Below, piece after piece: positions 1 through 10,514 of a stretch of DNA of 64,000 nucleotides. Location of the stretch: the NCBI GenBank assembly GCA_030704615.1, contig CM060731.1, positions 51,026,001 to 51,090,000 of the forward strand, read 5' to 3'. Made by a program: the position numbers and the translations under genes. The notes under the pieces are model-generated. The model was not told the DNA's origin and made no database searches. It was given only the letters and a program-made list of their open reading frames with translations. The stretch comes from Takakia lepidozioides. Taxonomy: Eukaryota > Plantae > Bryophyta. Within the stretch, counting starts at the first letter, position 1. Every line of letters starts with the position of its first letter.

Positions 1-577
1 AGCTGTAGAGTTGTACTGTAGATACCATGACTTCGGCCTGATATTGGATAGATATTAATCTGATACATATTCCATACTCACACCGTGTAGAGAGACTAGA
101 GTGAAGCTGTGGAATTCGATTTTGAATGGAAATTTTCATTTCTTATCCAATTTTGTCAGAATTCGGCAATTCTGAAAAACCACGATAGCCTAGTGCACTT
201 GTATTCTACAGTAGACATAGGCTAACAGTAGGCTTCGTGCAGGCCAGAGTAGACTATTCGTAGACCCATGTCATGCACATGAGGAACCAGAAACTGGAAC
301 CTCCACTGCCCAGTGGAGGTTCGCGTGAATTCTATATGGGGAAGCTGAATGGCATTTTTTCAAAGTAAGGACGAAATCGGATAATTCCGGGAAAATTGAA
401 AATCAATTTGAGACGATGTGGGAACGAGTGATGGAATCATATGTGTAACATTGTAAGTGTGACACATACTTTCCAACGAGATTGGGATATGATAATTGGG
501 AACCTCTACTATCCAGTGGAGGTTCGATATTTCTTTGGGTCAACCAGTTACACACTCTGATTAGTTTTTATGTCAGA

Positions 578-1226
578 ATGAGAAAGAGGAACGAGGTTGG
601 GGAACCGGTGTCTGACGATGAGTACAAGACCGCCAGATTAAATTGGAGCAAGAGACGGTGCTCGATAGACGTGATGGAAGCGGACTATCCAGATCAAAAA
701 CATGGTGTTTCGGAACCAGATGAAAAATCCAGTCGGGGTCTACCGAGCCGAACAAAGTGTCTGTCAATGACAAAAATGTGACTGTAGAATCCCCGCGGAA
801 CGCATCCGAATCTCTGAACAATACACCTGAAGACATCTGTAAGGATTCCCTGGAGGAAATAAGAGAAAGCGTTCATGTAAACAATGATGTCAACGGATCT
901 CCTGCCTACTCCCAAGATTATCCGAAATACACCCCTACTATTCCCCGGACACATTGGCGGCGATACGAGTGACCATTTTTGGATATCCAGCATCTCCGGG
1001 TTACTCGCCAGCATCTCCTGAATCCACAACAGGATCTGAAGGATATTACCCTCCAAACTTCCTCCTGGACACTGCAACGAGGGGGGGAGTCCTAAAACTA
1101 CTGGACGTCTCCGGATCTCCAGGATACTCCCCTGCGTCTCCTGATAGTATCACCGGATCCCCAAAATATACACCTCTAGACTATTCGCCTGATACACTCA
1201 GAGAGATAAGAAGGAGCATTCTGTAG
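578..1226 (+). pseudogene. Protein with three ~40-aa repeats containing Pol II CTD-like SPxYSPxSP motifs (2 frameshifts)
   Basis: ORFs 482-781, 757-972 and 954-1226 join through frameshifts. Peptides: GSPAYSQDYPKYTP..YSPDTL / ASPGYSPASPESTTGS / GSPGYSPASPDSITGSPKYTPLDYSPDTL. Confidence 0.6.
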
Positions 1227-1586
1227 TTATTGGGTATATAATCTAGAATCGTCTGAATATAGTGCGAGAAGTTCCTTAGTATATTTTGGACGAATTAGGT
1301 TCGAAGATTTCTATTGTAGATTTGTCCTATTTCAGGATGATGTACTCAATGGCTCATGAGCCTCATTTTCATTAAAGTTTTTTTCTACAACATCTGTAAA
1401 ATATGGAGGATTTCCCATTTCATTTAGAAAGCCTCGTACATACAAACCTCCACTGTCTAGTGGAGGTTCTCATTTTTGGAATGATGGATGCTAGTAAGAG
1501 AGATCCTGTTATTTGATTATCTAATGAATTTGTGTTTGGTTGTAACAGAAGACATCCTACACCACCAGATTGCGTCACAGGATTGA

Positions 1587-1982
1587 TTGGAGATATTTGT
1601 GGCGCATTCGTATGCCAGAAGTCCTCACATTTCAAAACTGAGCATACCGCAATTTTTTGAGCTTAACCCAGAGGTGACAGATTGGGGCATCGTGCCTGTT
1701 GGTACACCTTCTGATCACAAACTGTCTTTTCATTACAGAAGTCTTGGAGTAATAACAGACTTAAAATACGCAGAAGCTCTCGATATAGAGCTTGAATCTG
1801 AAGAGGAAAACCCGATGTTGGTTTTGTTCTTGCATGAGGATGCGAGAACCCCCATGACGTTTGGTTTCAAAGTGGAGGTGGGTCATCTGAACAAGTCGTT
1901 GATGAGTGAATGCGTTGCACTGGGTTTTAGATTTCCAGACAAGGGCTCAGTTTTTACCGACGTAGGTTTGTCGAGGGCTTAG
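1587..1982 (+). CDS. Hypothetical protein (131 aa; may have an upstream exon)
   Basis: Uninterrupted ORF with globular-looking composition, immediately upstream of the 2010 ATG. No recognisable motif and no ATG at the called start. Confidence 0.35.
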   Translation: MEIFVAHSYARSPHISKLSIPQFFELNPEVTDWGIVPVGTPSDHKLSFHYRSLGVITDLKYAEALDIELESEEENPMLVLFLHEDARTPMTFGFKVEVGHLNKSLMSECVALGFRFPDKGSVFTDVGLSRA

Positions 1983-3553
1983 AGTATTTTTCTGGATCTT
2001 CTGCACGCAATGGGGAACGACATTCGCAAGAAACGAGCACTACAGGAAGCATCAAAGCCGAAGAAGGGAAAACGCAAGTCGTCGACAACCGGCAATGATG
2101 ACAATGAGGCCGGGACTTCCGCAGGAAAGAAGAAACAGAAGGAGGATCAGGATCCAGCATCGATGTCAGATAACAAGAGACCTAAAGCTGGGGAGATTTT
2201 TTACAAGGAAAAATGCGAGAAGATGGAGGAGAGGCTCACGAAGGAATACAATGATGTATTTCCATTCGGATTCGAGAGTACCTTCCTTGTGAAGGTTTCC
2301 ATGATGGAAATAGCTCCAAGGAGCATAGTTTACAGGCCGTTAAATATCAAGCATAAGGACGAAGTGAAAGCGCGACTCTTCCAACTTCATTTGTTTGACT
2401 CCAAACATCCAGTGTATCTTGCGCCAATCAACCTTCCAATCCAGATAAGATTGCTTCATCGCGACCGAAGCAATGGAAGGAGATGGACGTATCAAGGTTC
2501 TTCGTAATTGGTGGACAACACACCATCGTGGCAGCAAAGGTAATGGACTTCATTTCCTCCCAGACCTCTCTTTTAACAAACCTCCACTGGGCAGTGGAGG
2601 TTGGTGTTGAACTACAAAATTGGATATGTCGCCACACTTTCAACTCTCTCACCCATTTTACATTAACTGTAGTAGGAACTTCTCGAGGATCTTGCCGACA
2701 GCGAACTGAAGGAGTACTACCGGGAGTGGCCTGCAAAGATTGTATGATCTACCGATGAACAAAGGCTCCTGAAGTTGTCAAAACTCCTCAACGACCCCAA
2801 TAAGGCGCAAAAGTTTGATACAACAATGTCGGAGAAAGTTGAGCATGCGCGAATGTTATTCAACCTGAGGGGGAAGCCAAAGAAATACAACGATCACACC
2901 ACCAAGTCCGAGACGAAACAATGGAAGGTATGCATTTATGGAATCAAAATCTACTATTCACATTCATTTTACTTCTGTTGTCGGAGTGACAACTAATTTA
3001 TCCCTGGATGAATGTGCAGGAATTCATGTTTGCCTGTCATTTGATACTTGAAATGGGTAGCATTAAGGAGGCAATGGTTCTGGTACTTTGCGACGACGAC
3101 GTTTGGAAGATCTGGGAAGATGTTTTCGAAAACTGGGAGCAAGGAAAGCTACTCGACCCGCTTGGGATACAGTACAAGGGTGAACAACAACAGCTCACGA
3201 AATCTGCTATCGCAAAGCTGCAAGGGTTGAACAGATGGTAGCTGATAAAAGTTGCACAGAAAATCCTGGATCTGAAATTGACCATTCGAGATTACAAAGG
3301 TCAAGACAAATCAATTCAAGGCATGAACAAATACATAGACGACATGAAAATGCGCCGGTTTATTGTCGACGATGTGATGTAAGTGTTGGGGTGGCCTCGT
3401 AGGAGCAAACAGTGCACGGAACCGTACACTAAGGACGAGTGGCGTGAAGTGAAGAGAAAGTACCACTTCAATAAGGCAGAGTTCTCAACATTTAAACACA
3501 AACTGGGGACGGATTACATCCAAAGCAAGATCAAGATGAACATGAAGACAAAA

Positions 3554-4278
3554 TGTCGCGGCCTTTTGCCTTGAGGGCAGGGGGTCGGGACACAAGAGGG
3601 GCTGCCCCTGTGGTGGGGGCAGTGGCAACGATAGGTATGGGGGGCTGAAGCACCCTTGAGTGCCCAAAGCACTCAAGGAGGCGGAGGCGCTCACTAGGTG
3701 GAGCCCCGCACACCGGGTTGCGGTGGGGGTGGCTCCACAAGGGGTGGTGGTAGCTTAGCGGGACTTAGTGGGGGTGGCATATGACTCACTCTGGGGCGGA
3801 GACCTCGTGGTGGGAGTCGTGGGAGTCTTGGGACTCATCACGGTCCATAGGGGCCGTGGTGGGTGGGCCAAGACTCACCGCGACTCATCACCAGGAGTCG
3901 AGGGTGTTCGTGGTGGTTCGCCATAAAATGGCATGGTTGTTTGTGAAACCCCCGTGGACAGCTACAGAAGTATATATAGGGAGTAGTAACCCCGAGAACG
4001 GTGCAAGCCCGTTGGTGACCAAAAGCTAGTGAGTAAGCGAGCGAGCCGGAAAGCAACCAAAGAGTGGGGAGCTATTCCGGACTGCCAACTACCAAAGGGA
4101 ATTCCGCTGGTTCTAAATCGTTGGAGGGTTCTTTGGGAGATCAAGGGGGGGACCGTTATGTCCCAGTGAGCAGCCCAAGCTCCAAGTTGGCCCGGCGGCC
4201 AGGTTGGGGGTTAGGTGCGCGCATCAAGCGAGTAACTATGACTTGAGGGGGGAGCTTACCGAAGTAATGTGCGCGACA
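3554..4278 (+). repeat. 5' LTR
   Basis: TG...CA termini. About 98% identical to 9789-10514 by eye (about 14 substitutions and 1 indel). TATA-like GTATATATAG near 3970. Confidence 0.97.
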
Positions 4279-4280
4279 CT

Positions 4281-4292
4281 TGGTATCAGAGC
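4281..4292 (+). promoter_or_regulatory. Primer-binding site (initiator Met tRNA)
   Basis: TGGTATCAGAGC, 2 nt after the 5' LTR. Confidence 0.93.
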
Positions 4293-4333
4293 TTAGAGTT
4301 CAGTACGCGATCGTCCTTGGGATTGGCCTCATC

Positions 4334-7300
4334 ATGGGGTCGGGCAAGCCAAAGCGAAAGCGGAACGGCCCAAAAGATGATGATCCTAGTGAGCCCGATG
4401 GGGGCGACGTGTCACCGAGGCGGCCGTTTGAGGAAGCGATGCATGTTTCCGAAAACGAGGCCGCTCAAGAGCGGGAGGAATCTGAGGAGTCGGAGCCTGA
4501 GGAATCCTTGAGAGCTCTAACCGACCAACAGATGTCTCCCATGCCGGCAACCTTTTGGGAAGGTTTGTTGGCGCAATTTGGCAGGACGTTGAAAGACGTG
4601 TTGAAGGCCGCTAATACCACTTCCACTAAGGCAAAGTTTAAGGTGAAGCCAAAGGAACCCGACACCTTCGAGGGCATCCGAAATCGGAAGGCACTCAACA
4701 CCTGGCTCTTGGAGCTGGAGTAGTACTTCCGGGCGGCCAAGTTGAGTGACGAGGATCGGGTGGAAGTGGCTCCCACCTATTTGAGGGGCTATGCTCAACA
4801 ATGGTGGCAGAAACGCCTTCACGACCGAGGTCCAAGCCCGGAAACCTTGAACTGGAGTGGGTTCAAGGAATTGATGAAGAGGCAGTTTATGCCCCTCAAG
4901 GCGTCCTGACTCGCCTGGGACAATATGAGGAATTTGAAGCAAACAGATGACATTCGGGGATATGTCCAGGCTTTCAATGTGCTGTTGCTCAAAGTCGCGG
5001 ACATGGCAGCACCAGAAATGGTCTTCAACTTTGTGGCGGGACTGGCCCCATGGGCCAGGCGGAAGTTGGAGGAGAAGCCACCTAAGACTTTGAACGAGGC
5101 AATTGAGAGGGCTGAATGTTTCTCGGATGTCCCTAAGGGTGAAAGACAAGGCCGTACGGAGCTGAACCACAAGAAGACCCGGCGGGAAGGTGACTCTTTC
5201 CGACCGGAAAAGAAGTGGGATAGGCCACGCGGCGACAATGACACGTGGAAATCGAAGGGAGGGCCTTCACAAGTCAAGGCAGCACCCGGTGCTTCGAAAG
5301 GAAAAGCGGGTGGAGCGGCTTATGACGGACAGAAGGCGACCTTTGATGGAGTGTGTTTCAATTGCGGGGAGCCCGGGCACATGGCCAAGAAGTGCACAAA
5401 GCCCCGGCAATTGAACATGACTCGGGCGACCACAGAGCTGTCGGAAGATACCATCAGTCGCTTGGTAGAAGCGGTGGTCGCCAGGACTTGCAAGGTAGGC
5501 AAATTTTCTTGTGAGTTGTATCAGGAAACTGGCGCCTTACGTAAAGGGAGTCAGTTATTGTTCATGGATGGGATAATATTCGGAACTAACGTGTCGTTGT
5601 TTGTGGACACAGGAGCGTCGCATTCCTTCATGACACCGGCAACAGCACAAAAGCTGGGACTCCCGACAAGTGACGTGGGGGCCTCTATTGAGGTACGTTC
5701 TGCCAAAGGAGAACCGCAATTGGCGGCAAGGTTGGCGTTTGATGTTCCTCTTCAACTGGGGAGTTGGGAGGGACGTGAGAACTTCACCATCTGCGAGATC
5801 GATGGAGTGGATCTCATTTTGGGGATGACCTTTTTGAGCAAATCCGGAGCAGTCATAGATGGCCGCAAGAGAGTAGTCACGCTGCCATGTGGGAATGGTG
5901 GCGAGGTCTTACGAGTGTCGGAAACGCCCAAACCCGTGGGAGGGCGAATAAACCTCCCGTCAGCAAGGGAGTGGGCCGTGGAGGAGGCACACGAGCCCCA
6001 GTTTTTGCTCTATATTAGAGAAGTGAAGGGAGAAGATGATGGGGAGCCGAGCCCAGATTGGATCAAGGGGATTTTGGAGAAATACCAGGATGTGATGCCG
6101 GAGGATTTACCAAGTGGCTTGCCACCGCGAAGAGGAGTTGACCACAAGATTGAGGTGATACCGGGATCGGAACCGCCTGCCAAGGCGCCCTACCGGTTGA
6201 GCCACAGAGAGTTGGTCGAGCTGAAGACTCAGCTCAAAGATCTAATGTCAAAGGGGTACATCCGGCCGAGTAAGTCACCTTACGGAGCCCCGGTGCTATT
6301 CGCAGACAAGAAGGATGGGACGCTGCGGATGTGTGTCGATTACAGGGCTTTGAATTAGGTGACTATAAAAAACCGGTACCCTTTGCCAAAGATCGACGAC
6401 CTTTTCGATCGGTTGGCAGGAGCGAAGTATTTCAGCCGGATCGATCTGCGCTCCGGCTATCATCAAATTCGAATGGCAGAAGGAGATGAGGAGAAGACTG
6501 CGTGCCGGACAAGGTATGGTTCATATGAGTTCTTGGTGATGCCTTTTGGACTCACCAACGCTCCCGCGACCTTTAGCACGCTGATGAACAACTTTTTCTA
6601 GGAGTGGTTGGATGACTTTGTGATCGTGTACATCGACGACATCTTGGTATATTCGAAAACAAAGGAGGAGCACCTGGAGCACCTCAAAAGGGTGTTCCAG
6701 AAATTGCGGGAAGGGAAGCTGTATGCCGAAGCTTCAAAGTGTGAATTCGGGGTCACAAAAGTGGAGTTCCTGGGGCATGTGATTACACAGGATGGGATCA
6801 GAATGGATGACAGGAAGGTGAGGGCAATCTTGGACTGGGAGCCTCCGACTTCGGTCCCGAGAGTGCGATCCTTCCTAGGACTCGCCTCCTACTACCGGAA
6901 GTATATAAGAAATTTCGCCAAGATCGCGGGGCCGCTGTCAGACCTTCTGTGTAAATCCAAAGTCTGGGCATGGAACACCTTTTGTGGCCAAGCTTTTGCT
7001 GAATTGAAGCAACGAATGGCGGAAGCTCCAGTCTAGAAAATCCCGGAGTTCGATCGTCCGTTCGAGATTCATACAGATGCGTCGGACTTCGCGATTGGGG
7101 GTGTACTGATGCAAGATGGACGCCCAGTGGCTTACAAAAGTAAGAAACTGAATGAAGTGGAGCGACGGTGGCCGACGCACGAGAAAGAGATGAAGGCGGT
7201 GGTGCACTGTCTTGAGCTTTGGCGCCACTTTGTTGGTTCCAACCCAGTGAAGGTGTTCACGGACAATGTCACGGTGAAGTATTTTGCCACGCAGCCCAAA

Positions 7301-8881
7301 TTGACCCCAAAACAACTTAGGTGGCAAGATACTTTGGTGGTGTTCGACGTGGATATCCAGTACAAACCGGGACGGGACAACGTGGTGGCCGATGCCTTAA
7401 GTAGAAAGCAGCAGTTTTTGTTGGTGTACAGGGGCGAGACGGTGCTCCAAAGGAAGATCCGGAAGGCTAGATGAGCTGGCGAAGTCCGTGATGCAGGACT
7501 TGAGGATGGGGGTTAAATCGCAGTTCCACTTGCAAAATGGACTGCTTCGGTATAAGCAAAAGCGTCTCTACGTGCCGAAGGGAGGGATCAGAGATAGCCT
7601 CTTGAGAGAATGCCATGATAGCGGGCCACGACGGAGCCAAACGCACTGCGGCACTCTTGAAGAAAGAGTATTTCTGGCCCAAACTGAGGGAGGAGGCAGA
7701 GGAGTATGTCAAGACATGCACCACATGCCAACAAAACCGGAGCGAGTACAAAAAGCAAGCGGGACTGTTACAACCCTTGCCGATTCCAGAGGGGACTTGG
7801 GAAAGCGTCTCGATGGATTTCCTGACTGTTATGCCGCTGTCAAAAGGATTCGATGCAATCATGGTGGTGGTGGATAGGTTCAGTAAAATGGGCCATTTCA
7901 TCCCCACCAAGGAGACGTCAACGACACAGGAAACAAGGCGACTTTACTTCGCCCACGTCTTAAAGCATCATGGAGTCCCGAAGGATATTGTCTCGGACCG
8001 CGATCCAAAGTTTACGAGTAAATTTTGGAGGGCACTTTGGAAGAAGATAGGGACGAGGCTGAAGATGAGCACCGCCTTCCGACCTACGACCGACGGCCAA
8101 ACGGAAAGAGTGAATTCCGTAGTGAAGCAGATCTTGCGGAATTACGTGTCGGCAGACCAAACAGACTGGGTGGAACACTTAGACGCGGCAGAGTTCTGTT
8201 ATAATAACATAAAACACTCCGCAACGGGAGTTTCCCCTTTCGTATTGGTCTATGGAAAAGCATCTCTGGTGTCGACAAGTTGGGCCGCCCAGAACGTTGA
8301 GGAACCGGGAGTAGTGGCGGTACTGGAAGAACGCGAGCGTTTATTGAAGCTCACAAAGTACAACATTGTCAAAGCTAGGAAACGGTATGAAAGGCAGGCG
8401 AATCGGAAGCGGAGGGAAGTGAAGTTTGAGGCAGGCACGGAGGTCTGGTTGAACATCAAAGAATTTCCGACTACCTCCGGAAGTGAGTCCAAAGTTCGTA
8501 CCTCCATATGCGGGACCCTTTCGCATCCGGAAGGTTATGAATGAGGATGTATATAAATTGGAGCTGTCGGCAAACAGCAAGGTGCATCCAGTATTCCACG
8601 TTTCCCTTTTGAAGCCTTACTTCAAAGATGAAGCGCGTCCGAATCGGCATCAAGTGTTGCGTCCGCCACCTGTGCTGTTGGATCATGAAAATGAACCTGA
8701 GTATGAGGTGGAGGCAGTACTTAAGTCGAGAAGGTTCAAGAACCGAGAAACGGAGTATCTCGTCAAATGGAAGGGCTATCATCATGTGGAGGCATCTTGG
8801 GTGCATGCCTCAGAAATGGGAAACGCATCCGAGGCGGTTGCAGTTTTTGAAGGGCGACCTCAAATACGGAAGAAGCGTTGA
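4334..8881 (+). pseudogene. gag-pol polyprotein (Gag, CCHC knuckle, protease, RT, RNase H, integrase, chromodomain), disrupted
   Basis: CFNCGEPGHMAKKC; LFVDTGASHSF; [12 protein letters not shown]; YIDDILVYS; RNase H TDASDFAIGGVL; IN H-H-C-C and SMDFL...VSDRDPKF...DGQTER; chromodomain EYEVEAVLKSR...YLVKWKGY. In-frame stops (e.g. 4721, 4907, 6356, 7034) and frameshifts. Confidence 0.95.
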
Positions 8882-9788
8882 TGGGGACATCAACCTTGGA
8901 GCGTGGGGGAGGAAATGCATGCTTAGCCCGGTTTAGCTAGCTTAGGAATCCGATTGCAAAAACTCGTATTGTACAAAAATTTGTTATAAAGGAAATGGGT
9001 TCCAAATGTTGTGCGTCCTATTTTGTTTGGAATGGTGATGCATGGTGTGATTGGCTAGTGTGTAGAATGCATGCTAGCTTACAAAAGTGGGAGAGGTAAA
9101 TTGGGTTAATCGTGTGTTTGCGCAGTGCCGAAATCGGGTGACTTCCATCCAAAGGGGCAAGGAAACTTGCGCCTTCTTTAGGAGTTCACGTGCTAGTGCG
9201 CACCTGGCGCGTGCGCATACTATAACTGTGCTATCGAGGGGGTTGCTTTGTAGTGCTGGCTAACGCGGAAGCTACGTGCTTCCGTTCATGTACTATAATC
9301 GTGTAGCCTCGGGACGAAGTCGTAGTGCGGCTTCGGCGTGTTCCCGTACCTCAGGCCAGCATTCCAAGGCGGACCCAATTGTAGTGATTGGGGCACGCGG
9401 TTGGATCAAGGTTATCTTCTTAGTCAAAGAGGGTTCGAGGTGAACCCTTGCTCAAGGTGATGCCAAAAGCGGCATCATGAGCGATCGCAAGCAATGTTGT
9501 TGCAGTAAGGCGATTCGATCCTCGGGGAGGATCGTTCCTTGGCCTTGAAGTAGGCCAAGAAGAGTGCACTGGGAGGAGCTTGAGAGGCTCCACCCTTGGC
9601 CGGGACTTAGAGGAAGTCGACCGAACTAGCTAGTGGAGAGTAGAGTCAAGTGTGGGGTTTGGTTCTTTGCCATGGGACGCCATGGTACGGAAACAAACTC
9701 CTTGATGTGGGACGCCACAACTTGGATGTTCGTTTCCACAAAATGTACAAGCCGATGAGGACATCGACTCCCTGTTGGTAGGGGTGTG

Positions 9789-10514
9789 TGTCGCGGCCCT
9801 TTGCCTTGAGGGCAGGGGGTCGGGACACAAGAGGGGCTGCCCAGGTGGTGGGGGCAGTGGCAACGATAGGTATGGGGGGCTGAAACACCCTTGAGTGCCC
9901 AAAGCACTCAAGGAGGCGGAGGCGCTCACTAGGTGGAGCCCCGCACACCGGGTTGCGGTAGGGGTGGCTCCACAAGGGGTGGTGGTAGCTTAGCGGGACT
10001 TAGTGGGGGTGGCATATGACTCACCCTGGGGCGGAGACCTCGTGGTGGGAGTCGTGGGGAGTCTTGGGACTCATCACGGTCCATAGGGGCCGTGGTGGGT
10101 GGGCCAAGACTCACCGCGACTCATCACCGGGAGTCGAGGGTGTTCGTGGTGGTTCGCCATAAAATGGCATGGTTGTTTGTGAAACCCCCGTGGACAGCTA
10201 CAGAAGTATATATAGGGAGTAGTAACCCCGAGAACGGTGCAAGCCCGTTGGTGACCAAAAGCTAGTGAGTAAGCGAGCGAGCCGGAAAACGACCAAAGAG
10301 TGGGGAGCTATTCCGGACTGCCAACTACCAAAGGGAATTCCGCTGGTTCTAAATCGTTGGAGGGTTCTTTGGGAGATCAAGGGGGGGACCGTTATGTCCC
10401 GGTGAGCAGCCGAAGCTCCAAGTTGGCCCGGCGGCCAGGTTGGGGGTTAGGCGCGCGCATCAAGCGAGTAACTATGACTTGAGGGGGGAGCTTACCGAAG
10501 TGAGGTGCGCGACA
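9789..10514 (+). repeat. 3' LTR
   Basis: Direct repeat of 3554-4278. Preceded by the G-rich PPT-like GGTAGGGGTGTG and followed by the TSD CAAAA. Confidence 0.97.

Larger units (their letters stand above)
3554..10514 (+). mobile_element. Full-length Ty3/Gypsy LTR retrotransposon, chromovirus (Galadriel-like RT)
   Basis: Two ~725-bp LTRs (TGTCGCG...CGCGACA). 5-bp TSD CAAAA at 3549-3553 and 10515-10519. Met-tRNA PBS. Domain order gag-PR-RT-RH-IN-chromodomain. Confidence 0.97.

Noticed and set aside
150-172. Possible inverted match to ~17598-17617 as a TIR pair
   Set aside because: Only about 15/20 identity in AT-rich sequence; does not extend.
880-1226. RPB1 (NRPB1) gene
   Set aside because: Only isolated heptads within larger repeats; no polymerase domains nearby.
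4465-8806. Antisense ORFs over gag-pol (and over the PPR and VID27 genes)
   Set aside because: Shadow ORFs of the real coding strand with no independent motifs.
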